64,000 bases of DNA from Candidatus Latescibacterota bacterium (GCA_965243025.1 CBDETY010000003.1:4256001-4320000), one strand, 5' to 3'. Positions 37,154 through 47,545 are shown, numbered from the stretch's first letter. Numbers and translations: made by a program. The notes: generated by a model from the sequence alone, not told the origin.

Positions 37154-39368
37154 CGATATGTCGAGGGCACGACCGACCAACCGGGAGAAACGGCACGGAC
37201 GCCGAGCCCTGATCGCCATCGCCATCGCCGGCGTTGCATCGGCGGCAACGGTGGCGTTGTTGCTGTTCTTCCCCCGAGAGGTGCTGAACCAGAAGGAGGG
37301 AGAGCCCCAGGATCTGGCCGCTGTTTCCGCCAAGGTGCGCGATTTCATCGCCGCCGGCGACTTCGACGCAGCCTACCAGTTGCTGCAGGAGATCGACACG
37401 AAGTCGCTCGCCGACGGGGAGCCCTCCTTGCTCGCCTACCAGCGCGCCGTGTGCGAGCGGCGCCTCGGGGAACCTCGCAAGGCCCACGACCGCCTGAAGC
37501 TGCTGGTCGATGGAATTCCCGAGCTCGATTCGTACCGCCGCCTCTGGATGGCGCGAGCCATGGAGGAGATGGGAGAGCTGCAATGCGCGCGGCTCGGCTA
37601 CCTGGATCTTCTGTCGACTTTCGAGGGGGTTGTGGCGGATTCCGCGCGGCTCTACCTGGCGGCGATGCTCACGGAAGCAGGCGAGTTCGACGAGGCGGTC
37701 AGGCTGTACGGCCAGCAACTGCTGCGGGCGCCCCCGCCCGAGGCCGCCGAACTGCTCTACGACATGGCGGCCATCCAGCAGCGTGCGGGCAACGAACGGG
37801 GCGCCGGCGAAACCCGGGTGCGCCTGATGACCGAGCACCCCGGCCACCGCAAGGCGCTGGACATTGCCCTCGCCCTGCGCCCGGGCACATCCGAAGAATC
37901 ATTCGCCCGCGCTTTCGTTCTCTACCGGCACGGCCGGGGCGCCGATGCCTTCGACGAGTTCATCGCGAAACATCCGGAACACGACCGCGTCGACGAGGCC
38001 CAGTACCTGCTCGGCCGTTCCTATCTGCGCAACGGCGAGCTCGACCTCGCCAGCATGACCTTCGAGGAGCTGTACAGGAAACACCTGCGCCCCGATGCCC
38101 TGTACCACATGGGCAGAATCCAGGTGCGCCGCAACCGCGACGAGGACGCCATCGCCACCTACGAGCGGCTCGCCTCCGAACACCCCAACCACAGCCTCGC
38201 CGACGATGCTCTTTGGCAGGCCGCCAAGGCGGCCGAGCGCGGCAGCGACTTCATGCGGGCCCGCAGTCTGTTCTCCCGCCTGGCGGACCGCTATCCCAAC
38301 AGCCCGAAGAGCGACGAGTCGAGGTGGAGCGCCGCTTTCATGCTGTACTGCGCCGAGCGCTACCGGGAGTCGCTGCAATCATTCCAGGCCGCAGGGGCCG
38401 AGGCATCCGAACCTCACATCATCGACCAGAGCTTCTTCTGGGCCGGAAAGAGCGCCGAAAACCTCGGGCTCAAGCAGAAGGCGGGGGCGATGTTTCAGCG
38501 CGCCGCCGCCAAATTCCCACGCTCATACTACTCGGCACGCGCCGTCAGCATGGGGTACGAGGGAGACCGGAAGCAGCTGCCGAAGCGCAAGCAGCGCGAT
38601 CGGCGCTCCGCCCTGAACGCGGTGGCCGCCAGGGCAGTCGAGGAAGCGTACGGAGTGGCGTTCGAAGAGCTGGAGACCCTGCAGCGGGCGCACCTGCTCG
38701 ACCGGATCGGACTGGTGGCGCTCGCCGAGAAGGAGCTCTCCGAGGCGGAGCGGGAAAACCTCAACGACGCCGAGGCTCTCAAGTTGATCCGCGACTGTTT
38801 CGAGGACCTCGGCAGCCTCGACCGCGCCCTGCTTGTGTCCACGAAGATCTTCGCCGGGTCCGGAGAGAAGGAGATCCCCTACCTCTACCCGAGCTACTAC
38901 TGGGAACAGGTGAAAACGGCTGCCCGGGAAGCCGGGCTGGATCCGTTCCTCGTGCTGGCGGTCATCAGGCAGGAGAGCTACTTCGACGACAACGCGGTTT
39001 CGCGCGCCGGAGCCGTCGGCCTGATGCAGATCATGCCGAAAACCGGCCGCACCCTTGCCCGCTCCGCGGGAGTGGGGCGGTTCGAGAAACGCATGCTGTA
39101 CGACCCGGCGGTTTCGATTCGAATGGGCTCCCAGTACCTCGGGGAACAGATGCGCACCTTTGCGTCCGGGCGGACCAGGGAAGTAGGTTTCGAGCTCGGG
39201 CTGGCCGCCTACAACGCCGGGCCCAGCGCCGCCCACAAGTGGGTGCGCCGCTTTCCGCTGGACGACCCCGACGCCTTCGTCGAGCGCATCCCGTACAAGG
39301 AGACGCGGCTGTACGTGAAGAAGGTGCTCAAGAGCTACAACATCTACAAAGCCCTTTCGAGCGCGTAA
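37137..39368 (+). CDS. slt: TPR-containing soluble lytic transglycosylase (Slt70-like)
   Basis: IRQES, AVGLMQIMP, AAYNAG and IPYKETRLYV motifs; N-terminal TM and TPRs. Confidence 0.92.
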   Translation: MKPGDNDMSRARPTNREKRHGRRALIAIAIAGVASAATVALLLFFPREVLNQKEGEPQDLAAVSAKVRDFIAAGDFDAAYQLLQEIDTKSLADGEPSLLAYQRAVCERRLGEPRKAHDRLKLLVDGIPELDSYRRLWMARAMEEMGELQCARLGYLDLLSTFEGVVADSARLYLAAMLTEAGEFDEAVRLYGQQLLRAPPPEAAELLYDMAAIQQRAGNERGAGETRVRLMTEHPGHRKALDIALALRPGTSEESFARAFVLYRHGRGADAFDEFIAKHPEHDRVDEAQYLLGRSYLRNGELDLASMTFEELYRKHLRPDALYHMGRIQVRRNRDEDAIATYERLASEHPNHSLADDALWQAAKAAERGSDFMRARSLFSRLADRYPNSPKSDESRWSAAFMLYCAERYRESLQSFQAAGAEASEPHIIDQSFFWAGKSAENLGLKQKAGAMFQRAAAKFPRSYYSARAVSMGYEGDRKQLPKRKQRDRRSALNAVAARAVEEAYGVAFEELETLQRAHLLDRIGLVALAEKELSEAERENLNDAEALKLIRDCFEDLGSLDRALLVSTKIFAGSGEKEIPYLYPSYYWEQVKTAAREAGLDPFLVLAVIRQESYFDDNAVSRAGAVGLMQIMPKTGRTLARSAGVGRFEKRMLYDPAVSIRMGSQYLGEQMRTFASGRTREVGFELGLAAYNAGPSAAHKWVRRFPLDDPDAFVERIPYKETRLYVKKVLKSYNIYKALSSA

Positions 39369-39374
39369 ACCGGC

Positions 39375-39617
39375 ATGGATTCACCTCCCCGGGAAGACGA
39401 GCGCGCGCGCCGGTCGAGAAGGACCCGCCTGCTCGAGGACCTGTTCATCCTCCTCTGCATCCTCACCCTGTGGCCGGTGGTTCTGGGGTGGCAGGGCGCG
39501 ATCTACCAGTACGTCCTCTACGCCGCTCTCGCCGGACTGGTGTTCATCTTCGTGCGCCGGATCAACCGCTTTCGCGCCGCCGAGCGGGAGCTTGACCAGG
39601 ACGATTCGGCGAAGTAG
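39375..39617 (+). CDS. Small 2-TM membrane protein
   Basis: Two hydrophobic helices; operonic with slt. Confidence 0.7.
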   Translation: MDSPPREDERARRSRRTRLLEDLFILLCILTLWPVVLGWQGAIYQYVLYAALAGLVFIFVRRINRFRAAERELDQDDSAK

Positions 39618-39620
39618 CGG

Positions 39621-40538
39621 TCACCCCCGCGGCCTCCGACCAATCGCCTCTACGGCCGCCACGAGAAGGGCTCCCGCAGCAATCAGCGCCAGCGCCGCCG
39701 CGGTCTCGGCGCCGAGCTCCGACGGCAGCACGCAGGTGTAACGCTCTCCCTCCCCCCCGGTGCCGGCAGCCGGTTCGCGGAACGGCCAGACCCGGCGGAG
39801 CGACCCGGCCATCAGTCCCACCAGGAAGGCCATGGTCGGCCCGTGCACGCGGGCGAGGAGGCGTTTGAGAATCTTTGCGAACAGCAGAATGCCGAAGGCG
39901 AAGCCGGCCCCGAAGAGGACGAGGATCTCGAGGTCGAAGTCGGCGACCGCCTGAAAGACCTGCCGGTACTTGCCGAGCAGAAGAAGGATGAAGCTGCCGC
40001 TGATGCCGGGGAGGATCATCGCCACGCTCGCCACGGCCCCGGACAGCAGAAACTCGACGGGCCCCTCTCCCGTCTGCACCGGAACGGCGATGCTGATGCC
40101 GTAGCCCGCCCCCACCCCGACCACCGCAGCGACCAGCAGTCCGAAGCGCCAGCTGCCGGCGCGCCGGCCGACCACGAGGGCGCTGGCGGCGATCAGCCCG
40201 GTGAGAAACCCCCAGACCGGCACCGGGTGGTTGGAAAGCAGGTAGGTGATGAGCCGCGCCAGACTGAGGATGGCAACGGCGATGCCGGCGACCAGAGGCA
40301 GCAGGAAGCCGCCGTTGATCAGCCTCCAGGCCTCCCCGAAGCGGCAGCGGAACAGACTGCCGAGGAAGCGCCCGTCGACCGCCGCCAGGGAGGCGACGAG
40401 ATCGTCGTAAACGCCGGTTATCAGGGCGACCGTCCCTCCTGAAACACCGGGAATGACGTCGGCGACGCCCATGCAGATCCCCCGCAGCACGAGGCCGGGC
40501 GCCCGGCGTACCCCCTGCCCCGGCGAATGCTCAGCCAC
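39621..40538 (-). CDS. DUF368 membrane protein (undecaprenyl-phosphate translocase family)
   Basis: GICMGVADVIPGVSGGT and AMILPGISGS motifs. Confidence 0.92.
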   Translation of the reverse strand: MAEHSPGQGVRRAPGLVLRGICMGVADVIPGVSGGTVALITGVYDDLVASLAAVDGRFLGSLFRCRFGEAWRLINGGFLLPLVAGIAVAILSLARLITYLLSNHPVPVWGFLTGLIAASALVVGRRAGSWRFGLLVAAVVGVGAGYGISIAVPVQTGEGPVEFLLSGAVASVAMILPGISGSFILLLLGKYRQVFQAVADFDLEILVLFGAGFAFGILLFAKILKRLLARVHGPTMAFLVGLMAGSLRRVWPFREPAAGTGGEGERYTCVLPSELGAETAAALALIAAGALLVAAVEAIGRRPRG

Positions 40539-41682
40539 CGCGGATCCTCTCCTCCGTCAGCGACGGAAACAGGCGCCCCTGCTCCGGACTGCCCGCCAGC
40601 CGTTCGAGCACGCGGCGGTCCGCACGCGGCATCGCGTAGTCGCCCAGCTGCTCCGGACCGACCCACCTCCAGTCGTCGCAGCCGACGGCGCGCGGCTCCC
40701 CCCCTGCCCAGCGCGCCTCGAAGGCATGCAGGGTGATGGTGAAGTGGCTGTACCCGTGGTCGACGCTGACCAGGTGATCCCCCACCTCGATGTCGAAATC
40801 GAGCTCCTCCCTTATCTCGCGCCGCAGACAGTCGGCGCAGGATTCCCCCTTCTCTCTCTTGCCCCCGGGAAACTCCCAGAGGCCGCCGAGCATGCCGCCG
40901 GCCGGGCGCCGCGCAATCAGCACGCGCCCTTCCTTCCATATCAGGCCGGCGGTCACCTCGTAGTGAGGGCGTTTCTTTCTGCGCCCCTTCACCGGCAGAC
41001 AGGCCGGGTCGTCGAGCTCCCTGCGGGCGGCGCAGAACTCCTCGACGGGACAGTCGCCGCAACGGGGCCGCGACGGCGTGCAGACGCGGGCGCCGAGCTC
41101 CATCAGCGCCTGGTTGAAATCCCCGGCCCTGCCGCGGGCCAGCAGGCGCTCCCCCGCGGCGATCAGCCGCGTCTTCACCGCTGCCCTGGCGGGATCTTCC
41201 TCGACGAGAAGCAGCCGGCAGAGGACGCGGGTGACGTTGCCGTCGAGCACCGGGTGGTCGCCGTCGAAGGCGATGCTGCTGACCGCGGCGGCGGTGTAGG
41301 GGCCGATCCCAGGCAACTCGCCGAGCTGGTCGGGAGTCCGGGGCAGCTGCCCGTCGAGCTCGGCCACCACCTTTTTCGCCGCGGCCCGAAGGTTGCGGGC
41401 GCGGGCGTAATAGCCGAGGCCCTCCCAGGCCTTGAGCACCGCCTCCTCGGGAGCCCCGGCCAGGGCCTCGAGCGTCGGAAACGCCGCGACGAAACGCTCG
41501 AAGTACCCCCGCATCTGCTCGACCCGGGTCTGCTGCAGCATGATCTCCGAAACCCAGACCTGGTAGGGATCGCCGACGTCGCGCCAGGGCAGCTGGCGTT
41601 TGTTGAGGCCGTACCACGCCAGCAGCCGCTCCCGCAGGCGTTCGATCCGGGCGGCGTCGGCCAGCAGCTCAGATCCGGCCAT
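40531..41682 (-). CDS. mutY: A/G-specific adenine glycosylase with C-terminal Nudix domain
   Basis: WVSEIMLQQT, GLGYYARARNL, HhH LPGIGPYT, DGNV, 4Fe-4S Cys cluster and LWEFPGGK. Confidence 0.95.
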   Translation of the reverse strand: MAGSELLADAARIERLRERLLAWYGLNKRQLPWRDVGDPYQVWVSEIMLQQTRVEQMRGYFERFVAAFPTLEALAGAPEEAVLKAWEGLGYYARARNLRAAAKKVVAELDGQLPRTPDQLGELPGIGPYTAAAVSSIAFDGDHPVLDGNVTRVLCRLLLVEEDPARAAVKTRLIAAGERLLARGRAGDFNQALMELGARVCTPSRPRCGDCPVEEFCAARRELDDPACLPVKGRRKKRPHYEVTAGLIWKEGRVLIARRPAGGMLGGLWEFPGGKREKGESCADCLRREIREELDFDIEVGDHLVSVDHGYSHFTITLHAFEARWAGGEPRAVGCDDWRWVGPEQLGDYAMPRADRRVLERLAGSPEQGRLFPSLTEERIRGG

Positions 41683-42748
41683 GCCGTTGCTGTCCCCGGC
41701 GCACCTCGTCCGGCCACCCTTCGGCCGGCAGCGCCGCCAGCCCCTGCTGACGCAGCGGGGCGACGCCGGGGCTGTGGTCCGGCGGGAGCGGGTCGGCCTG
41801 AAGCAGCCCGTTGAGGACCGCCTCCTCGCAGGCTTCGGCGGCGGCGGCGAACAGGGGTGGCAGCCCGGTGTCGGCAAGCGAGCGCATCCCGACGGTGCCG
41901 CCGGGGCCGGGCTCCGCATCGACGAGCCCTGTCGTCGACAGCGCCAGCACCAGGCCTTCCCGGGTCCGCTCCTCCAGCAGCCCCACCCGCACCAGGCCGA
42001 AGGCGGCGCGCCCGGCGAGGTGATCGAGCTGGCGCGGCTCCAGCGGCGCGTCGGTGGCGAGCACCGCGGCGAAGCTCCCGCTGTTCCGGGGCAATGATTC
42101 CCCGCCGCTTCCTGGCAGAATCACGGGCCAGCCGTCCACGGACAGCCTGGACCGGGAGCCGCCGTTGGCGGCGACGAGGGCGCCGACCACGTACTCGCCC
42201 CGGAGGCGGGAAGAGGTTCCCAGGCCGCCGCGAAACCCGAAGGCCGCCAGGCCGGCCCCGACGCCGACCGACCCCTCCCAGGAGGCCGCCCTCCCACCGG
42301 CCGCATCCACAGCCTGGCCGAGGTGCTCCTCGCCCACGGCGGCGCGCGTGGCGGCCGGCGGGTTCACCTCGCTGTCGTTGATCCCGATAACGACCGGCGG
42401 CCAGCCGGCGTCTTCCGAAAGGCCGGGGTCGACGCCGAGACCGCGCTGGATCATGGCGTCGTAGATCCTGCCTGCCACAGGGGCCGGAACGAGGGCGACC
42501 GGGGAGGAGATGGCGCCGAAGTCCTCGGCGACGCCGAGACCGGTCAGGCCGTCCCCCCCATCGAGGCTGTAGCGGCCGACGAAAAGCCGGCGCGCGGCGC
42601 TGCCGGCGACCACGACGGTCACCCCGGTCGCCACTGCCGGGGTCGTTACCGTCGCGTGGCCGACCCGCACTCCGGGGACGTCGGCGATGCTGTTGCCGGG
42701 ACCTGTGGCCGCCGCGCCGATGGCCAGCCCGAGATCGCGCAGTCTCAT
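41669..42748 (-). CDS. DmpA/P1 (S58) peptidase-family protein, divergent
   Basis: RLRDLG..NSIADVPGVRVGH, EGSVGVG, GSFAAVLATDAPL and EEAVLN motifs. Confidence 0.85.
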   Translation of the reverse strand: MRLRDLGLAIGAAATGPGNSIADVPGVRVGHATVTTPAVATGVTVVVAGSAARRLFVGRYSLDGGDGLTGLGVAEDFGAISSPVALVPAPVAGRIYDAMIQRGLGVDPGLSEDAGWPPVVIGINDSEVNPPAATRAAVGEEHLGQAVDAAGGRAASWEGSVGVGAGLAAFGFRGGLGTSSRLRGEYVVGALVAANGGSRSRLSVDGWPVILPGSGGESLPRNSGSFAAVLATDAPLEPRQLDHLAGRAAFGLVRVGLLEERTREGLVLALSTTGLVDAEPGPGGTVGMRSLADTGLPPLFAAAAEACEEAVLNGLLQADPLPPDHSPGVAPLRQQGLAALPAEGWPDEVRRGQQRHGRI

Positions 42749-43926
42749 TTCAGGCGGCCGTGCCTGCGCATGACCGCGGCGAGCCGGTCGAGCGGCAGGG
42801 CGTGGATCGTATTGCCGTCGCGGCCCACGGTGGTCGCCGCCGCGGTCAACGAGTTGAGGATCGCCTCCTCCGTCGCCTCGACGACCCCCTGGTAAAGCCC
42901 CGACAGGTGGGAGAAATGAAGCACCCGGCCCCTCTCCGCCGCAGTCGAGAAGGCGATGATGAGATCGCCGCTTCCATGGGTGGAGATCCCGCCGGTGCGC
43001 GCCATGCCGAGGGCCGCCCGCTTGCACAGCCGGCGCAGCTGCAAAGGCAGGAGCGGGGCGTCGGTGGCGACGGCGATCAGCAGCGAGTTCCCCGGGGCCG
43101 CGGGGGGGCCGGGGCCGCGCTCGGGAAGCAGGTCGGGGATCTCGCGCCCCACCGGAACCCCGTCGACACGCAGCTGCGGCCGGCGTCCGTGGTTCGCCTG
43201 CAGGAGCACCCCGACGGTATAGCCGGTCCCGGCCACCGGCACCAGCCGCGAGGCGGTGCCGATCCCGGCCTTGAAGGAGTAGGCCCTCATGCCGGTACCC
43301 CCGCCGACGCACCCTTCCGCCACCGGGCCGGTACGAGCCGACTCGATGGCGGCGACGGCGTGCCCGGGAAGCACGTGGCGGCCCGCGGTGTCGTGCAGGA
43401 AGTCGGCCCAGGTCTCCCCGACCACCGGCTCGGGCCGCCCCGGGTAGCCGAACAGCCCGGGGTCGCCCTGCAGCATCCAGTCGAGGCAGCCTTCGTACAC
43501 CGGGCCGATGCTGCCGGTGTCGGTGAACAGAACCGGCGCCCCCAGGCGGCCGCTGCGGCGCACCGCGCCGACCCCGGTCAGCTCGCCGTTGCCGTTGAGG
43601 GTCAGGTCCGCGGCCGCCACCGGGGTGCGCGCGAGGTCTCCCTGGCGGGCGAGCACCGCGGTGACCCCGGTGCGCACCGGACCGCGGCCGACCACCAGGG
43701 GGCCCTCCCCCGAGATCAGGGTGGCGTGGCCGACGGCGACGCCGGCGACATCGGTTATGGCGTTGTGGGTTCCAGGAGACAGGGAGCCGATGGCGATCCC
43801 GAGGTCGCGCAGGCGGACGCGGCCCGGAGCCAGCAGCGGTTTCCCGCCCGGGAGCGAGCCCGCCGCGGCCAGCGGCAGGGTTGCCAGCGCCGCCCCGGCC
43901 CTGACGAGGAACCTGCGCCGATCCAT
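42745..43926 (-). CDS. DmpA/P1 (S58) peptidase with Tat signal
   Basis: MDRRRFL Tat motif; NAITDVAGV, NGNGELTG, EGCVGGGTGM and GSGD. Confidence 0.9.
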   Translation of the reverse strand: MDRRRFLVRAGAALATLPLAAAGSLPGGKPLLAPGRVRLRDLGIAIGSLSPGTHNAITDVAGVAVGHATLISGEGPLVVGRGPVRTGVTAVLARQGDLARTPVAAADLTLNGNGELTGVGAVRRSGRLGAPVLFTDTGSIGPVYEGCLDWMLQGDPGLFGYPGRPEPVVGETWADFLHDTAGRHVLPGHAVAAIESARTGPVAEGCVGGGTGMRAYSFKAGIGTASRLVPVAGTGYTVGVLLQANHGRRPQLRVDGVPVGREIPDLLPERGPGPPAAPGNSLLIAVATDAPLLPLQLRRLCKRAALGMARTGGISTHGSGDLIIAFSTAAERGRVLHFSHLSGLYQGVVEATEEAILNSLTAAATTVGRDGNTIHALPLDRLAAVMRRHGRLK

Positions 43927-43935
43927 GGCGGGAGG

Positions 43936-44802
43936 CTAGCCCCTGGCGCGCAGCTCTTCGGCTGCCTTGCAGGCGCGGATGCTGACGCGGCTGCGGTCCT
44001 CCGTCCCCTTCCAGGCGTAGGGGTCGCTGCCGTGCACCATGACGATGTCGCGGTAGTCGGCGCTCGCCGGGCGTTCTCCCTCGCGCACCTGCCAGGGCAG
44101 CAGGGAACGGGCGCTCATGTAGTGGTTGACGAGCACCCTGCGGAAGGAACTGCTGCGGTTGCGCCTGGAGCGGTGCAGCAGGTAACCGTCGAAGAAGACG
44201 ACGTCCCCGGTCTTCGCCTCGACCGGGATCTCGCCGCTGTCGTCGAAGCCGTGCGACTCGCCGGTGCGGTCGAACTCCTCGTCGTCGCCGTGGGCACGCT
44301 GCTCGTAGAGGACCCCCCTGTGCGAGCCGGGCAGCACCCGGATGCAGCCGTTGTCGACGGTGGCGTCGTCGAGGGCGATCCAGCCTCCGGTCAGGCTGTG
44401 GTCCCGCGTCGGAATGAAGAACTCGTCCTGGTGCCAGGCCTGCCCCTGGAATCCGGGGGGCTTGATGAACAGCATCGACTGCATGCACTTGACGTCCGGT
44501 CCGATCAGCCGCGCCAGCACCTTGGCCATGCCGGGGTGCTTGACGCCGGTCTCGAGCAGGACCGGGCTGATCTTGTGGGGATGGTGGATGCACAGGTAAC
44601 GCCCCAGGGCCTCGTCATCGCTGCAGCCGTTGCCGACGGGGGGCAGGTTCTCGTGCCCGTACTCCCCCCGGCAGAGGCGGAGGGCGTCGGCCCGGAGCGC
44701 CTCGACCTCGCCGGCGGCGAGACCGGGAACCACGAGATACCCGTTCTCGCGGTAGGATTCGACGTCGCTGTCCGCTATCCCGGCAACCATGCGTTTACCC
44801 AT
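43936..44802 (-). CDS. Phytanoyl-CoA dioxygenase (PhyH) family protein
   Basis: WHQD, WIALDDA..NGC..PGSH and LLHRS motifs; RBS GGAGGGA. Confidence 0.9.
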   Translation of the reverse strand: MGKRMVAGIADSDVESYRENGYLVVPGLAAGEVEALRADALRLCRGEYGHENLPPVGNGCSDDEALGRYLCIHHPHKISPVLLETGVKHPGMAKVLARLIGPDVKCMQSMLFIKPPGFQGQAWHQDEFFIPTRDHSLTGGWIALDDATVDNGCIRVLPGSHRGVLYEQRAHGDDEEFDRTGESHGFDDSGEIPVEAKTGDVVFFDGYLLHRSRRNRSSSFRRVLVNHYMSARSLLPWQVREGERPASADYRDIVMVHGSDPYAWKGTEDRSRVSIRACKAAEELRARG

Positions 44803-44996
44803 TCCCTCCCGGTTTCTTTGAGCTGCGGCTTGCTCGTCAGTGTCTGCGCGCGCCATTCCGTGCGGATTGGGCCGCCTGTGAATACCGGTCCGCGGCCCTG
44901 CCTTCGCTCGCCGTTCACTTCCCGCTGCGACCCCGGTACGACTCGTTCAGGGGTGCCTTGGGAACGGGTGCGCCATCGGCACCTTCGTCCGTGCGC

Positions 44997-46106
44997 TTAC
45001 CCGCCCGAGCCGGCACCGGCTGCGGCGCCGGCGATCTCCCGTCCCATGTCCCCGGTCGTCATCACGCCCCCTATGTCGGGAGTCCCGGCTTTCGGATCGG
45101 CCAGCACCTCCTCCACGGCGCCGTCGACTCGTTCTGCCGCGGCAAGCGCCTGCCCGTCCCGGTGCCGGTGGCCGAGCCAGCGCAGCATCATGGCCGCCGA
45201 CAGGATCGTCGCAACCGGGTTGGCCACCCCCTGTCCGGCGATGTCGGGAGCGGTTCCGTGGGAAGGCTGAAAAACCGCGGCCTCCTCGCCGATGTCCCCC
45301 GAGGGGGCCATGCCCATGCCGCCGACGAGCCCCGCGGCGAGGTCGGAGAGAATGTCTCCATACATGTTCTCCATCACCAGCACGTCGAAATCCCGGGGCC
45401 GCTGCAGCAGGTGCAGCGCCATGGCGTCGACGTAGGCGTGGCCGCTGTCGACGTCGGAGTAGCGGGCGGCCACCTCGTCGAAGACGCGGCGGAAGAACGC
45501 CATCGACCTCAGGATGTTGGCCTTGTCGACGCAGGTCACGCAGGCGGCCCGCTGACGCAAAGCCCCGTTGCCGCGCTCCCGCCGGCGCTCCCGGGCCAGC
45601 TCGAAGGCGTAGCGCGCCACCCGTTCCGTGCCGGTGCGGGTGATAACCATGCTGTCGACGGCGGTTTCTCCGCGCAGGTCGATCCCGGCGTCCATCGAAG
45701 CGAACAGCCCCTCGACGTTCTCGCGCAGGAGGACGAAATCGATCTCCCCGGCAGCGAGGCCGCGCAGCGGCGTGTGGTGGGCGGCGTACAGGTAGATCGG
45801 CCGCACCCCGGCGTAGAGATCGAGCTTGAAGCGCAGGTCGACCTGCGGACGCATCTCGGTCCCGTCCGGCCAGCGTATCCGCGGGTCGCCCATGGCGCCG
45901 AGCAGGGTGGCGTCGGCGCCGCGGCACCCCTCCAGGGTCTCGTCCGGAAGCGGGGTCCCGCGTTCGAGGTAGCAGCCCGCCCCGCAGGGGTACTCGCGCA
46001 GCTCGAGATCGAGGCCGAGTCCTTCGAGCACTCCCAGCGCCGCACCGACAACCTCGGGGCCGATGCCGTCCCCGGGCAGAACGGCGATTTGGTAGGAGCG
46101 GCCCAT
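44997..46106 (-). CDS. Isocitrate/isopropylmalate/tartrate dehydrogenase family protein
   Basis: PGDGIGPEV, RENVEG, VDKAN, ENMYGDILSD and HGTAPDIAG motifs. Confidence 0.92.
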   Translation of the reverse strand: MGRSYQIAVLPGDGIGPEVVGAALGVLEGLGLDLELREYPCGAGCYLERGTPLPDETLEGCRGADATLLGAMGDPRIRWPDGTEMRPQVDLRFKLDLYAGVRPIYLYAAHHTPLRGLAAGEIDFVLLRENVEGLFASMDAGIDLRGETAVDSMVITRTGTERVARYAFELARERRRERGNGALRQRAACVTCVDKANILRSMAFFRRVFDEVAARYSDVDSGHAYVDAMALHLLQRPRDFDVLVMENMYGDILSDLAAGLVGGMGMAPSGDIGEEAAVFQPSHGTAPDIAGQGVANPVATILSAAMMLRWLGHRHRDGQALAAAERVDGAVEEVLADPKAGTPDIGGVMTTGDMGREIAGAAAGAGSGG

Positions 46107-47365
46107 CAACTCCACAGGCGGTCGCTGGCCCGTTCGCTGTCCCACTCGTCCGTGGGCTCGAAGATCCCGGGGGACCCGGGGTCGGCGAACTCCCGCAGGA
46201 CCTCTCGGTTCAGGTCCGCGAACCCCAGGCCCGGCCCTTCCGGCACCGCGATGTGCCCGTCCTCGATCAGCGGACTCGGCAGCCCCTCGACGAGACTGCT
46301 CCAGCGCTCGAGGTCGTCGACCGAGTGGTTCTCGAGGGCGAGGAAGTTCTCCGTTGCCGCGGCGCAGTGGACGGCGGCCAGGGCGGCCACCGGAGACATC
46401 GCCATGTGCAGTGCCATTGCGATGCCGTTTTCCTGGGCGGCATCGCCGATCCTCTTGGTCTCCAGGATGCCGCCGGAGGTGGCCGGGTCGGGGTGGGCGA
46501 CGGCGATCGCCCGCTCCCGGAACAGGTCGGCGAACCCCTCCTTCAGGTAGATGTCCTCGCCGGTGCAGACCGGCGTCCCGACCGCCTCCGACAGGCGCGC
46601 GTACTGGTCGGTGAACTGCCAGGGTATCATGTCCTCGTACCAGGCCAGGGAGAACTGGTCGAGCGCCTTTCCGAGGCGGATGCAGGACTCCAGGCCGAGG
46701 TGGCCGAAGTGGTCGGCGGCGAGAGGAACCTCGTAGCCGGTCTCCTCGCGCACCTCGGCGACGTACTCGCAGAGCAGGCCGATCCCCCTGTCGCTCAGCT
46801 GGATGCCGGTGAAGGGGTGCATCACGGCGCCGCTGTCCAGCATTCCCGGGGGTGCGATGACGCAGTCCGGCCGGCCGCGGAGCAGGCCGATCCCGACGTC
46901 CATCTTCAGGAAGCGGAACCCCATCTCCATGCGCTGCTTCAGCCGTTTCCCCATCTCGCGGCCGCTGGCGGTGGTCGGGGTGTCGCAGTAGCAGAGCACG
47001 CGGTCGCGGAACCTGCCCCCGGCCAGGGCGTACGCCGGCGCTCCGTACGCCTTGCCGGCGAGGTCCATCAGCGCCATCTCCACGGCGCTGACCCCGCCTC
47101 CCTGCCTGCCGTGATGGCCGAACTGCCTGATGCGGCGGAACAGCCGGTCGACGTCGCAGGGATTCTCACCGAGCAGGCGGGACTTGAGCATCAGGGCGTA
47201 GGTAGCGCTGGCGCCGTCGCGCACCTCGCCGTAGCCGCTCACCTCCTGGTTCGTGTCGATGCGGATCAGGCAGCTGTGGAACGGGGCCCCGAGCAGACGC
47301 GCGACCCGCAGGTCGGTTATCGCCAGGGCCGACGGACGGGAGTGCTGCCGGAGATTCTCCTGCAT
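46106..47365 (-). CDS. Mandelate racemase/muconate lactonizing (enolase superfamily) protein
   Basis: SAVEMALMDLAGK, LKMD, DHFGH, WYED and TGED motifs. Confidence 0.9.
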   Translation of the reverse strand: MQENLRQHSRPSALAITDLRVARLLGAPFHSCLIRIDTNQEVSGYGEVRDGASATYALMLKSRLLGENPCDVDRLFRRIRQFGHHGRQGGGVSAVEMALMDLAGKAYGAPAYALAGGRFRDRVLCYCDTPTTASGREMGKRLKQRMEMGFRFLKMDVGIGLLRGRPDCVIAPPGMLDSGAVMHPFTGIQLSDRGIGLLCEYVAEVREETGYEVPLAADHFGHLGLESCIRLGKALDQFSLAWYEDMIPWQFTDQYARLSEAVGTPVCTGEDIYLKEGFADLFRERAIAVAHPDPATSGGILETKRIGDAAQENGIAMALHMAMSPVAALAAVHCAAATENFLALENHSVDDLERWSSLVEGLPSPLIEDGHIAVPEGPGLGFADLNREVLREFADPGSPGIFEPTDEWDSERASDRLWS

Positions 47366-47545
47366 GGGTGCTTTTCTTTCGATGACCGGAAGCCGTTCAG
47401 GGTAAACCGGACCCGGCAGGGCGTCAACAAGGTTCCGCTCCCAAGGCCGGTAGAGTCATAGGCTTTCTGAACTGTTGAAATCCGATCCCCGATCGGCCGG
47501 AAGGGTCAGCCAGGCAGGGTCGCCTGCGGTCCGGCCGGGTGCCGA

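Noticed and set aside
42749-44593. 974-aa ORF 41669-44593, and other long Arg/Pro/Gly-rich ORFs (14664-16742, 30235-31320, 37451-39595, 42760-45270, 58737-60725, 60677-62548)
   Set aside because: Shadow frames of real genes in high-GC DNA.
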